From: Phoronis australis
Taxonomy: Eukaryota > Animalia > Phoronida
NCBI GenBank assembly: GCA_002633005.1
Contig: NMRA01000277.1
Coordinates: 308,431-372,430 of the forward strand
Reading direction: 5' to 3'
DNA length: 64,000 bases
Part shown: positions 1 to 13,030 of the stretch, one piece after another
How positions within the stretch are numbered: the stretch's first letter is position 1
Layout: every line of letters starts with the position of its first letter
The notes under the pieces: generated by a model
Seen by the model: the letters and a program-made list of their open reading frames with translations, nothing else
What the model was told of the DNA's origin: nothing
Database searches by the model: none
Made by a program: the position numbers and the translations under genes

Positions 1-1515
1 GACGTTGAACCTTGACTTAACGTCTTTGGTCATTTTCAGACCTCTATCAGGCTCTATCGGATTTCTCCTCTAGTGTGCAGTGGATGTTCTCAGTGTCTTT
101 GGCGACAGCAATATATCTCGAGTGTTGTAACGATGATTCGGGCAAGTGAATCTAATACGGTAGATTACGTAGCTCCTGCTGCACAGCTGCCTCCGAGGCA
201 GACACCGAGACAGACTACTTCTCAGGAGGACACGTTCCACCTCCACATCAGCTCCACGTACTCTTATAAGGTGCTCAAATGTCTCGCTCTATACCTTGAG
301 TTTTCAAACTTGTTTCTCTCCGCAATTTGTAGAAATACCACATTCGATGCGACTGGCAGTGCCAGATAAATAGATAAATTCGCAACCCCGCACTTTAGGT
401 CAGCCATCATTCAACTAACGCATTGTAAGCTTTAGTTTGGTATTCAGACGAGTTGGATGAACGAATTAGTATAATTTCATATTTTAGTAGGAAATGCTAG
501 TCTCCTTAAAATTAATTAAAATCATATAAGCAAACCAATTCTTTTAATTGTTGTATTATACCACGGCATATTAATGCGTAGAAACGGCGCACAACTAGTG
601 ACTGGTTTAACATGACAAATACACATACGCGGTCTGAAAATAGTAAAATTCAGACACTTATTACCAAGCCTGCCTGAAGGGCTGATAAAGTTTTTATTGT
701 ATTAATTTCAAGGGCATGGAGTCTTCTACATGTCCATGTTATTATTTTTAGTTTTCTCGTGGGGGCAGCTTCGCTATAAGGGTACAACTTACTGCTGGTT
801 TTTCACAAGAAAGAAATGTACCTCCACGGAAACAGTTCCAGTGTTACCATGGTAACCGATATTGCAGTGTCGGTGCCGTTTTTACTGACATTGGTCAAGA
901 ACCTATCATGTGATATCAAAATTGTTCAGAAACGATTCTGTTTGAAGCAGAAACTGGAGTAGAAAATTTGGTCAAAAATGACTCATTCCACACCAAGAAA
1001 TTGCCTAATTTTGCCCCCAAGAACACTTCCCTTGTATCTCCTAAACCACCAAACTTTGTGGTGTCATACTTCACCCAATTTCTCTCATCCCTAATGTGAT
1101 TTATCAGACTAAACATGGATCTGAATGGCTGACCCCCCACCTTGCCGCTTGTTGGCTGTACAGTGGTCGGTGGATCCGTGGACTGATACTTAACACCAGC
1201 ATCCCTTGGCCACATTAGAACGCATTGTGTTTTCGTAACAGACCAACACCAAGCGTGTCCAATTAAACCCTAATCATCACATTAAATGCCTCTTTATGGG
1301 TATAATGTAAAGCGCTATATTGCTTAAAGGTAACAAAGCTCTTTACATTTGCACTCGAAAAAATTCTCCGCGCCATGCATAGCATTAGGGACTAGCAAGG
1401 AGTACCACCTCAAGGGAACATTTGCCGTGTTTTGACGAACGCCCTACAGGTTTCATATCTAAATCCTTTTTGTTAGTTCCTAGATGACCCATGTCCTTTC
1501 TTTAATGTCACTTAC

Positions 1516-1808
1516 CTGAACACTTTTTCGTCCATATCTTCCCCAAACATTTGCTGTATGCCAGGCGGAGGTGGTTTGAATTTCATTTGCGCTATGCCAG
1601 TCCCTTCCACTAGTTTGTCCAAACTCACCGGCTCAGCTGCTGCAAAGGTAACTTCGTGACCAAGTTTAACGAGCTCCGTCCCGATCGACATGTGCACGTG
1701 CATGTGACTGTAGAAAGGTGAGGAGATAAACAAGACACGTTCGCTGCGAATTTCTCGTGGCTGAATCATCAGCGCAAACACGAGCAAGTTCAACAAAAGT
1801 AGACCCAT
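1516..1808 (-). CDS. UDP-glucuronosyl/glycosyltransferase, first coding exon (rest of gene left of window or not recognised)
   Basis: Signal peptide MGLLLLNLLVFALM then ERVLFISSPFYSHMHVHMSIGTELVKLGHEVTF, matching the UGT N-terminal xKILxxxPxxxSH...ELxxRGHEVT pattern; exon ends at donor CAG|GTAAG at 1516 (phase 2); acceptor-like TCATTTTAG at about 1832 and donor AAG|GTAAGC at about 4053 suggest an upstream non-coding exon. Confidence 0.88.
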
Positions 1809-2574
1809 GCTTTCCGTCTGTTTCTGATAGTCTAAAATGATTCAAAATAAATGACTCGATAGACAAGAGCACTCTCACGTTGAGCGGCATTACAGTGAAT
1901 ACATGTAACTCCTTGCAAACGAAACGCTGTCCGCAACAGAGCGGACGATTTATTGTTGTTCAACACTTCCTCTTAATAAATTTGCATTCAGCTGGTTGAC
2001 GTTATACAGACAGTCCAATTTTTATGGCAACAGTTGAATGATTGCATTTGTTAGTATTTGTAATACATTTCCATACACCTACAGAAAAAGCTCAGCCTAA
2101 GTCAGTTTATGTTCGGAACAATAATCGACGTCGATTGAGGCCTAGAAAATGACCCTGTCAGTTTTTTGATGTGCCGAGCCACATACATGTACATGTATAT
2201 ACATGTACATGTAGAACAGTGCAACCGCTTGTTTGTATTCCAAGTGGTTGTAAAGACTCGGACCAATCCTAAAGATGTGGTGAAGATTTTTATTAATTTA
2301 AAAAAAACACATTATTTTAGATATAAGAATCTGTTTTGATAAAATATCTTTGACAATTTGTGAAGGTGCTTTTGCGAAAATGACAATAATCCATCGTAAT
2401 TCATCTAGACTATACTGAAAGCAAACGCCATTCAGTTAGAATAGTCAACATTTTTCATCCGCTCTTTTTGTGAGTACAGTAATTTGCATAGAGGCGCGAT
2501 AGTATACCCCCATAAAACGTTGCTCACTTCAAAATACAGCAAATAAAATCAAATGAAACATGCATACATGTATG

Positions 2575-3180
2575 TGCACATGGAGCTGAAATTAACACAT
2601 ACCCTAACCCTGGATACAATTTAGTCTTCAAGTAACCATGCCATATGTATAAAAATCTCGCAGTTGGCTGAGTTTCTCTCACCAGGCGCCATTTTAAAGT
2701 GTACACAACATGACTCTTGTACCTCAAAATAAATTTTATTATTATATCTTACTAGATTTCAGTGCCTTTAGTGCACAGCTCATAAAGAAACACGCAAAAA
2801 TTGAAAAAAATAATAATTATGTACAACGTCATGGGTTGAACCCAAGTCGTTTGCCATACTGTTCGGATCAGAGAGTTATGCAAAGTGTATTGAGTGAAGA
2901 GAAAGCAAAATACATTTAGCGTCGAGAAGGTTCGTAGAGGGATCAAAAGATGTGTTTCCGGAGGCTGCAGCAACAGTAGCCAGGCGGAGAACGTCTCGGT
3001 GTTCCGAAGGATACCAAAGTTGCGCAGAAGTGGCATCGCTTCGTGCGCCGAACGAGNTGCACATGGAGCTGAAATTAACACATACCCTAACCCTGGATAC
3101 AATTTAGTCTTCAAGTAACCATGCCATATGTATAAAAATCTCGCAGTTGGCTGAGTTTCTCTCACCAGGCGCCATTTTAA
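2575..3180. repeat. Exact 123-bp direct duplication (2575-2697 and 3058-3180) either side of a scaffold N at 3057
   Basis: Identical sequence tgcacatggagctg...ggcgccattttaa in both positions; second copy starts right after the N. Confidence 0.95.
2698..3056 (+). mobile_element. Left end of a Kolobok-like DNA transposon with a frameshifted THAP-domain remnant (about 2942-3056), cut off by the assembly gap
   Basis: Starts TTAA|AGTG; translation IKRCVSGGCSNSSQAENVSVF then shifted frame PKDTKVAQKWHRFVRRT gives the THAP C-x4-C...P...W pattern. Confidence 0.6.
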
Positions 3181-6079
3181 GGAAGTTACGTGAAATCATA
3201 CATGTACTCACCTGACTGAGTTGAAATACTTTGTGGTTATCGCGCGCGCGGTCAAAGTTCACAATAACCCCAAAGTGAAGTTGGAATTCTTCGCCAGAGT
3301 CACATGAATTCCCGTAGCTATGCTTCATCGAAGATATGTTTAGAAGCAGAAAGGATCACTGAAGAAAGTACCGCCTTTTTAGGTGATAATTTTACATGTA
3401 GGTGTAAAATGTATTTTTGACGAGGTGAAAACTTAATCAGTGAGCGGATTTCGCCTACCGCCCCTTTAAAATACTGTAGACGGGACGACTTTAGTACATA
3501 ACGCGATAGAACGTATTGTAGTGCGAATCTGAATATTATCATTTGTCATAACAGCTATGCTTTTTTAGAACTAAACGGTTAAGAAATCGAAGTAAACAAC
3601 AGAATACAATCTGATACCGTATTGGGCAACTGTCCAAACGACAATCTTTTGCCCCACTTCCCGTGACGTCACAGTTAAATCTCGCATATTCTAGCTCTGG
3701 GTTTAACTGTGTTCACACGTGGTCTGGTAGAAATTGAATGCGCTTGGCAGTTAACAGAGAGGCTAGATGTTAGGCTATCACACGCTTACAACCCTCTACG
3801 TCAGGTAAAGTTACTGAACGGAAAAACGCCGTCATGGAACAAATTAGGGCTTGTCAAATGTGACTCAGTTCACAACGCTACGATTTTCTTGTGCCGGGTG
3901 ACAAACAGCAGCTAGTTAACACTAACATCATAGAAGTTTCAAATGTTTTATTACTAGAGAACACTAGCCTACATTTTTCAAAACATAAACACACATGCAG
4001 TGGCGTATGAAATCTGGCATTTTACACTAAAATACACTGTAGAGTTGCTTACCTTAGCTGATCAGTAAGTTGTTTGTCTTCGACGTGGAGACTACAGCCC
4101 TGTGTTATGTACCGACATGAAGCTCTCAAGCGCAGTTCAGATCTACGCATATCTTGCACTTAAACCTGACACTGACTGAATGTACTATCGCACCAAAGTT
4201 TTCTAGGCCAGTCCAGGACACTGACCTGTAACCCGAACTTTTCCCAGACATGACACGACTTCATTCGCACCGTTGTGTTATTCCTAGAAGAAAGTGTACA
4301 ATAGTTCGTTTCCTGGATAGATTCTCTCACGACTCAGGCTTAGTCTCAGCAATGAGCTAAATGAATGTACAGAAGACATTTTAGTCCCAGTAGCAAGTAT
4401 TACATTGACAGGCCTACCAGTGCCCGCACCAATTTTGCTAGTAATTGCCAAATTGGGATACGTCCTTCAGTTGAAACGTTATAAATTGCTTAACTGAGAT
4501 TTCATTACTCTTGGTAATATTGTTGAGGGTACGAAATGTTTATTGACAAGGTTTACATGAAATCCCGGCCCTTGTTTTCCATAGATGTTAAAACCAGCAT
4601 GTCAGGTTGCCATATTTTTGTCAATGTCAGCTCGAGGCGAGCGTCACAAACTAGCCTCCTAGGTTTATAACTCATGGCCCTATTTCGAAATAATTCTTGT
4701 CCAGAGCTTATAGCCACACGACCGCTTCTTCGGAAAATTGTACTTTTTCACTCAAATTTTTTTTTTCAGTCACGTCTTTTTCCCCGCTGTAAAAATGGTA
4801 CTTCCCAGTTAGCAGCATTCCGCCGTGGAATTTTCACTCGTTACATTGACAGCAGAGATCCTGGGTAATAGAGACTTTATAGAATTTTGCCTTATTATGG
4901 TTTGGCCTTATAGGGAGTGACCAAACAGAATTTTCTAGTCTTGTTCACGGACTTTCATTGCTTTGCTACTATTAGACCGGCAGCCCAGAGCACTTAGCAT
5001 ACAATGTAGATGAACGAGGTACCAACATCTGACCATGGGAGCATTTAAAGTCCACCACAGTATGTACAGAAATGGACGTCTGCCGTTGTCTGCACTCTGG
5101 GTGTGACGCCTGGGGGCCTTACAAACAGCTCAAACATGAGCTAGACTACATATTCGAGGTACCAACCAAAACTGATTTAAAACGAATGATAGTACCGCAC
5201 TGAACACCAAATGACCCATGACAGACAAATTGTACTCTGGAATGGGTCCGGCAGAAACCAAATAAGACCCCCAAAAATGAGCTAGCACATACATTCGAGA
5301 TACCACAAAAAACAATTACATGAGATTCAGTACATGTCACAGGTCACTAAATGCCCTATGACCGGCAGACAAAATACACTCTGGATTGTGCCTGGCAGAA
5401 ACCCTCAAAAATCTCAACCACGGTTTGCCATTTTTGAGACAATTAGATTTTCAAGGTATCGGCTTAAACCGTGATTTAAAACCAACAATCGTGCTGCACT
5501 GAAAACCCAATGACCCGTGAAAGACCAATTTTACTCTACCAAAAACCCAGGAAGGACCCTAAAAAATGGAGGTACAATCGTTCATGCAGCTTTCCCCAGC
5601 TAATTCAAGTACTCGGGTGGGAAATCCAAACAACTGTACAACAAGATATTAAAAATTGCAACACGAAAATCGAAGTACACAATTGGTGACAAAAGTTGTG
5701 CATTTAATGAGTTAACTGTAAAAAGCGGGACCACGGGAAACAAAAACTAATTATAAAAAACTTTCGTTCACTGTGTTTACTCTCATGATCACTACAAGCG
5801 AAAAGCAGACGGGTGTCAAGATGTAAGACAGTTTAACTCCCCTAGTGGTAACTTTTTGAAGAAATTTTTACATGATGTCGAAATTCAGTGTAGTGTATAG
5901 TGTTTGCAACGTTTTAGTTTCGCGGAGTCATTTGTCGATGGCCAATATACACGTGTAATGTCTTCCGTGATAAAATACAAATCACCCCTAATTTGGTGCC
6001 CAGCCACGCGGTGGAGTCCCAATGCTATTTAAATAAATATATAAACAACGATGTGTTTCGGTAACAAGGGTTCTCGCTG

Positions 6080-7121
6080 CAGCATTGCCTGAAAATTGCA
6101 TGCAATGACAGGGTGTGACGTCGCAGCAGCAGGGAAAGTGAGGCCTCTTGAAATCCTGATGAAAGACTCATCTGGGACAGTTATCACCTTCTTCTCAGAG
6201 TTAATAAGCGTAGATGTCCTAGACGGAAGAAAGTTAGAAGAAGACATATGCCTCCTATTTAATGAAGGGAGGAGTCAAAGATGTCAATGAAGCGTCGATA
6301 TCTGAAATTAATAGAGATGACCGGAAAAATGAACAAGTTAATAACTGTAATTGATAAAATTTAAAAAAACGAAAATAATTTCAAATGTTTTCATAGTGTT
6401 AAACCAAAATGCCCAGTTTCACGTCAAAAAACAGTAAATGGTGGTGAGATTTCATGCGCGCACCCAGGGGGGCTCGGGGAGCTCGAAGGAGCCTCCCATA
6501 TTTGGCGAAGTGGGCAAAAAGGTCCGCCTCAGAGCAAACAAACAGTCCGTGGAAACGAGACAAAAGTCCACTAAAAATGCGCAGACGCACAGTTCATAGT
6601 ACTGAAGGTGGTACCCCGTTTTTTTTCAGTCCTCCAGCTTTTCTGTTAGCAAAAGGTCCACTTGGTCAGAAATTCGAACCCCCCAAAACTAGAGGCTGGG
6701 TGCGCGCATGGGTTTTATGTTTTCATTCGTCAGCTTTTAGACAATTGGTCCCTCGTCAATAAATTTTTCTCCGATGTCCAACATCAAGAAGATTGACTGC
6801 GCATTGCTTCCTCCTTGCCGAAAGACACTATTGAACAAGCTCAAACGAGCCCATTATGTTGCCTTGCTCTGAGGCCAAGTGCATTCGGCCGATCCGGGAA
6901 ACGGTTTGGATCCACTTACCTACGGTTGGAAAGTACAAGATGGATACTACACTCCCAAATGGTTTTGTGAATCTGCCGTTCCTGATGTCCTTTTTGAAGG
7001 TGCTGGTCTTTTACAAGAAAACCAAGCCGATCATGAGGTAAAGGAAATGGGCTATGACGAAACAAGCAAGCCCGAATCAAGGTGGAGTAGCAGTGACGAA
7101 TCTGATATTGAAACGTATTAA
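6080..7121 (+). pseudogene. Fragmented XPG/FEN1-like (H3TH) C-terminal part of Academ transposase
   Basis: AALP-LHAMTGCDVAAAGKVRPLEIL (about 6080-6170); IKKIDCALLPPCRKTLLNKLKRAHYVALL* (about 6783-6872); ADPGNGLDPLTYGWKVQDGYYTPKWFCESAVPDVL (6879-7121); stops and frameshifts present. Confidence 0.7.
6453..6710. mobile_element. hAT-like MITE family A, copy 1 (nested in the Academ element)
   Basis: 15-bp TIR CATGCGCGCACCCAG / CTGGGTGCGCGCATG; flanks GATTT / GGTTT; homologous to 47503-47745. Confidence 0.75.
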
Positions 7122-9323
7122 AAACTAACAGGAAACTACTGTTGACATTAAACATATAGTATGTAGCTTGATGTTCTTGTCCATACAGTGATTTTGACTA
7201 TCTGTTCACTACGCTGTTTGAAAGTGTTGCTCTATTTCATCTGTACATGTAGTTTATTTTGATTAAAGAAGGATGTTAATAACTGACACGTCTGTTACTT
7301 TTCTTTCAACGTATTGTTTAGTACTGGGTCAATGAGATGATAGGGCTCCTTGGAAATAATTTTCGTGGTTCCTCGATCTAGCTCAAATTTATGGTCCATG
7401 TGTTGTCGCTGACGTATCCTTTCTGTTGGCAGTTTTGATAGCGTTTTATATTTTACACAATCTGCGTTCTTAAACTTCACTGATGGTGGGTTGGTTTTAG
7501 ACAGTTCCTGGTATCCCAAAGTTTTACTGTTATCAGGTACTCTCCAAAATGCTTACTCTCCGCCATCATCCATTTGACATCGAGTGTGAGAGCTCAGTAG
7601 ACGCAAAAGTATAAGCTCATTATCTAAAATATCATATATATTCAAAATTACTGACCGGTAGTTGAGATTTCTTGGGCTGGCGAGCACAACCCACACTGGG
7701 TTTTAATTGTCATAGCGTATTTGGTAACCAGTAACATCTACTTGAATCACATGGAATTGTTTATTGTGGTACCCCCGAATGATGACCTAGCTTCTTTTAC
7801 GGTGTAATTGAGTTTCTGGCGAACGCATATATTGTGGTTGAGATTTTGAGGGTTTCTTCCAGGCACAATTCAGAGTGTATTTTGTCTATCATAGGGTATT
7901 TAGTGACCTGTCACATGTATTGAACCTCATGGAATTGGTTTTGTGAAGTACCTCAAATGTATAAGCTAGCTCATTTTTGGGGGGGGTCCTTTTTTGGTTT
8001 CTGCTGGACCCATTCCAGAGTGTAATTTGTCTTTCATGGGCCATTTGGAGTTCAGTTTGGTACTATTGTTTGTTTAAAATCAGTTTTGGCCCGTACTTCG
8101 AAAATCTAGTCTAGCTCAAAGTTTTGATGGCATACCGTGGTTGAGATTTTTGGGGTTTTCTGCCGGGCACAACGATCCAGAGTGTAATCTGTCATAGGGC
8201 ATTTAGTGTTCTGTGAAATTTATTGAATCATATGGAATTGGTTTTGTGTGGTACCTCGAAGGTATGTGCTAGCTCATTTTTGGGGGGTCCTTTTTTTGGT
8301 TTCTGCCGTACCCATCATGATTCCAGAGTGTAATTTGTCTTTCATGGGCCATTTGGAGTTCAGTTTGGTACTATTGTTCGTTTTAAATCAGTTTTGGTTG
8401 GTACCTCGAATATCTAGTCTAGCTCATTCGTTGGGGTCTTTGTAAGGCCCCCAGGGGTCACACCCAGAGTGCAGACAACGGCAGACATCCATTTCTGTAC
8501 ATACTGAGGTGGACTTTAAATGCTCCCGTGGTCAGATGTTGGTACGTCGTTCATCTATGCTAAGTGCTCTGGGCTGCAGGTCTATATATGTATAGTAGGA
8601 CAAACAAACGGCCTCCTGTTCACTAACCCTAGGACCTCGCTAAAAATCTGCAGACTTCGCGAGATTACGAAAGATATCTCCTTCTATTTTAAAGAACACG
8701 TGGCGTTGGCCCCTTTTTATGCTAGGTCAGTCCTATAGCGCAGGTCCTTGACGTTTACTGAACGCATGCCGTATACGATAAACCAACATGCAAGCAGTCT
8801 TTGTTTGCAATGCTCTTCTTTGGCCCTAAACCTCTCAAACCTTTAAAATATATGGTTTCCTTCACAGCGATTCTTGAGCTTCGTTAAAGTACTTCAATGA
8901 TGGCGTTTCAGTTGTTATCTGAGTTTCCACGAAAGCCGGGGTTTACGAGTACGTTTACTGTCGTAACCAAAGTAGGTCAGGATAGTTAGACTGAGTTCAA
9001 AGGTCGCTTTGTTTACTTAACCTCCAATATGGTTGCGCACCTTAGCGACCAAACACTGCCTGCGGAATCGACCACACGTCGCAAGCGACTAACCCCATTG
9101 TGTATATATACGTGGGCAAGTGAATTCAATGCATTGATCCACTTGTTTGATGTACAGTTAAGTTAAATAACAACTTATTCACCAAAGGAGGCGCCAGTGT
9201 AGTACTGTGTTGTAGTCAAGTTTGTCGATAAGGCAATGTTCCGAGCAACGAGTTTGTCTTGACTAGATCAGTTGAACGGCAATTGTAACAGACGGATGCA
9301 GAAACGTATCTAAATTGAAAACG

Positions 9324-9332
9324 ATGTCACAG
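9324..9332 (+). CDS. Calmodulin-like EF-hand protein, coding exon 1 (MSQ)
   Basis: ATG TCA CAG|GTAAG strong donor, phase 0 compatible with exon 2. Confidence 0.65.
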
Positions 9333-9962
9333 GTAAGCTAGGTGCTAAGTCATACGTTTGACTCCTTACGTTGTCGGTGTGTACAACTGTATGTCTGTTG
9401 TCTCGTTCTGCAAAGGTACATAAAACTAAAGCAGCTCAGGGCCGGCATGCTAATGTCTCTGTGTGTGCAGGTTCATTTAATACCTTTGTTTGAAAAACGG
9501 AAACCTTTCGCCAGGTCTCAGTTGAAGCGAGCTCCTGACAGCGTGGTGACTGAGCCTATACAGATGTTGTATGCACTAGTCCTACTTCTAGAGGAGATAT
9601 GTCGTATAGTGTCTATGGATGGGCTCATTACGCCGTAAAGGCAGTGTTCATATTTTCGGGAGAGCTTGTGGTGGCGATTGGACTTACATGCACTCCGGGA
9701 GTGGAGAGCGGGCGTCGGAGTTGCGTCCACGTACGTATGGTAATTTTTTTTTTGAATAAGCATTCTCTAAACCGGTCCAATCTACAAATAAAATGTTGTC
9801 TACCCCATGTCAGCAAACTAAAGTGACACAAAAAGACCACTGTAGCTAAAATAATTCTCAAAATTTCTTTTGGAGCTAGCCTGTGTGCTGTAGACTCTCA
9901 TTTGAATTAAAGATATTGGTCGTTTCATTGTAATTATAAAAACCGTTTTCTGGTACTTTCAG

Positions 9963-9999
9963 ACAGGCTATATTGAATTTTCGGATGAAACACTCAGGG
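9963..9999 (+). CDS. Calmodulin-like EF-hand protein, exon 2 (TGYIEFSDETLR)
   Basis: TTTCAG acceptor, GGG|GTAAGT donor, phase 1 joins exon 3 in frame. Confidence 0.75.
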
Positions 10000-10756
10000 G
10001 TAAGTCACAGATATATATGTTTTCTGTTTAAATTTCCCAAATGCCATATTAACAATCTACGCCTGTGGCCAAAAACGAACGTACATCTACATGTAGTTTG
10101 TGCAACAGGATAGGAAGTTACTCGGGTGTTTGAATGTACATGTACTTTGTGTCGTTTCACCGTCTATAAATGTTTCAAAGCAACGCAAGAATTTGAAGTG
10201 TTCATGTCTCCCTTCAGAAGCCACATGATAAAATATATATCCGCCTGAGACTTTTAATAGATGTGTTCTTACAATTTACATTACTAACATTGTTAGGCGA
10301 AAAACATAGTTGGTTCCGGTGTAACATTATATTTTTGTTGGCGAAGTCTGTTCTTAAGAACAACTTTGATCGCTGTTTGGGAACATGCTGTATTGTGACG
10401 CCATTTCCATGTTTGGTGTCGCCAAATAGGGGTGAAAACGAGAACTTCTCTCGTTCTTTGCTTAAAAGTTTAATGAAGAATCCCCCATCATTTTGGCTCA
10501 TCGGAAGTGGATTTTTCTAAAGGAACCAAATGAAAAATGTCCCTCCACTTACTCGATTTTTGAAAATAATCAGGCCAGAATCAATTATGCAATTTTGGCC
10601 TAAAACATGCAGTATTGGCCGACACGATTTAGCACCATCCTCACATGCAGAAATTCCTTTCGCTAAGACTTCAGTGTTGCGAAGCATCATCAGTAAAAAT
10701 GCCAGTGCTCAAATGTACAGGAAATTTATCGCATTTCGTTAATTTTTTTCTTTTAG

Positions 10757-10924
10757 CTTTTCGGAATATTTTGAGCCAGTATGACAAGGGGGTGACGAAC
10801 GATGGCTTTATACAGAGAAGTGAGCTTTCCGAGGCACTCGGTGTTTTAGCCGTGGACATGGATTATGTCAAGAGCAACGAAGACTGGCTGCTGGACTCTG
10901 TGTGTGACTTCTTCGACACAAATG
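10757..10924 (+). CDS. Calmodulin-like EF-hand protein, exon 3
   Basis: Polypyrimidine TTTTAG acceptor; AFRNILSQYDKGVTNDGFIQRSELSEAL...FFDTNG; donor G|GTAAAA; 168 bp, phase 1-1. Confidence 0.88.
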
Positions 10925-12008
10925 GTAAAAATCGTTGATTTTCTGTTTCTGGATAAATTTAAATCCTTCAGGTACTTAGTTACAGAAAAGCCTTAGTTAC
11001 TCAGCATGAACGTGGTCTCAAACGCGGTGCTTGCTGTGCGCAAACTGTGTTGTGTCACTGTGTAATATCTCAAAATATCAGTCAAATAAAAAGCTGATAC
11101 ATTAATGGCAATCGTTTGCATGAATAAGTCTGCTTGGAAAGAACCCGACTGCTTTTGCTGTTCAAATCATAAACTTTTAGTTGGAGTATGCAGCCGATCA
11201 ACATCCTGAGAACTTATTATTATCTAAGTGTTGTTTTTTGTAGGTTTGAATTTCTTACAGAAATAAAATTGATTGATTGATTGATTGAACAGAACTCCGC
11301 TGTCAACTGTATCGAGAGTTATCGCCGAGACTTGCCCCACTTTTATGCGCCCCCATACTTGCACATGTATGTGGCTGCAATATGCCGTCATCCCTGTCCT
11401 CCGTCTGGCGTCTGGTGTCCAGCGTACGTTTACCTCTGTATCTTCGAAGGCACTTAACGGAAACTCGTAAAATTTAACAGATAGGTATCTATCATTGATA
11501 TGATGCTACCTCCCCGTTTTCGGATGGATCCGGGGTATTTTGTGCCACCTAGTGGCCAATTCTATTATTTTCGAGTCTCTTTTGGCGTCCGCCCCTCTAT
11601 CAACCAAACCACTCTAAGGATGATAAAAATTGCCGAATAAACTCCTACTGCGACGAGGACGGCTAACGCTGATTTTTGGACGATTTCGAGTACTGTGGCG
11701 CCTCCTAGTGTGCCGTCCCCCTCTCCATCCACCAACTTAAAATTGGGAGATGTGTTCCGAATGAGAAGATCGAGGGGAACGTTGATTTTCGGACGAGTTT
11801 AACCACTCTGACGCACCGCAGCGGCAATTATGATTTTCGCGTCCATGGCTGTATCTCCTTTACCTTTTGTAAGATCTATGTGAAATTCAACAGCTGTGTT
11901 TCTATGGAGATGACAACAGATGATGATTGACAGTTTCGGGCCAGTCCAATTACATCTGTGTTCCCATATGGATTTTTTTTATTTACGATGGCCTCTGTAA
12001 CTTCGTAG

Positions 12009-12308
12009 CAGTGGCGGATTTAGGGGCAAGGGGGCCATTGCCCCCCTGAAATTCTACCAGATACTATTTGGCAGTTCGGGGTGCGGATTGCTGACTAGCA
12101 TATGCGGCACCCAGAGGGGCGAATGCACAATGCACAGGCTTTGAATAAACCCCGTTTGCCTTTTTTCTTTTGTAATGAGGTCCACAAACCCCAGAAAATC
12201 GAGACCTCTACATTTTAGGCTGGTCGCGCGCATGTGACGAAATTCTGGTTATTCCTGTGCCCTTCCCCCCTCCCCCCAACTCAAAATCCTGGATCTGCCC
12301 CATGCCTG
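12009..12308. mobile_element. hAT-like MITE family B (CAGTGGCGGATTT terminus)
   Basis: CAGTGGCGGATTTAGGGG ... AAAATCCTGGATCTGCCCC; similar to 20634-20796 and 46232-46388; flanks CGTAG / CGGAG. Confidence 0.6.
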
Positions 12309-13030
12309 CGGAGTAACTTGATGCTTTTTCATGAAGTTTGGTAAACAAGTTTTAATTATGAAGATGAGATTGCCTTTCTATTTCTGTGATGGATTCGACG
12401 TGTTCTGCAACACCTAGTGGCCACTTTAATTTTAAGTGCGTTTTTATCGCTTGCTTCCGTGCCTTCCAAACTGCGCAGGGAATCATAAAAATTGTCAGAT
12501 TGTTTCGTATTGACAAGAGCATAATTGACGTAGATTTTCAGACAGGTTCACTGTACTGGTGTCCCCCTAGTGGCATTTTTTGCATCTCCGGCGGCCTTGC
12601 AAGATGTTTTTGACCAACTTTATATCACTATTAACTTGACAGTATGTCGACGGTTTAGACTCCCGCTGTGGTTCCCAATGGCATTTTTTACGTTGCCTTT
12701 ATAGCTTGGAGTTAGTAAACGGATTTTCCTGAAATTTGTCACATACCTTTGAGCCGTGATTAGGCCTTCCCATTTTCAAATGAGTTCAATGTGCAGTGTA
12801 TTCTGTGACGACTACTAATAAACATCCCTTGAAGCAAACCGTTTGCGGATAGTCAAGGCGCATTTCAACACTCTCTGTGGCTTTTGTTAACGTAATGCCA
12901 ATACCAAAAACATGTATTCCAAAGCGCTTGCTCCACTTTATTCTAGGAGTGAAGAATTAGAGTATTCACAATTGGCCAACTTTTCGTGAATCGTTTGAAT
13001 ATACCTACATAAATGTTCTGTTCTTCAAAG

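Larger units (their letters stand above)
4973..8584 (+). mobile_element. Non-autonomous AcademX-like DNA transposon with long, internally repetitive TIRs
   Basis: Termini 5'-TAGACCGGCAGCCCAGAGCAC and GTGCTCTGGGCTGCAGGTCTA-3'; 3-bp TSD TAT (4970-4972, 8585-8587); inverted homology about 600 bp; internal decayed coding pieces LHAMTGCD and LLPPCRKTLLNKLKRAHYVA...LDPLTYGW typical of the XPG/FEN1-like region of Academ proteins. Confidence 0.8.

Noticed and set aside
73-369. 98-aa + strand ORF at left edge
   Set aside because: No motif or consistent splice model; lies antisense within the presumed UGT intron
5130-8445. Similar ORFs at 5130-5315 (-) and 8248-8445 (+)
   Set aside because: Translations of the non-coding inverted repeats of the Academ-like element
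10645-10700. Minus-strand CTGATGA...AGC GAAA hammerhead-like string
   Set aside because: No convincing stem I or III; likely chance
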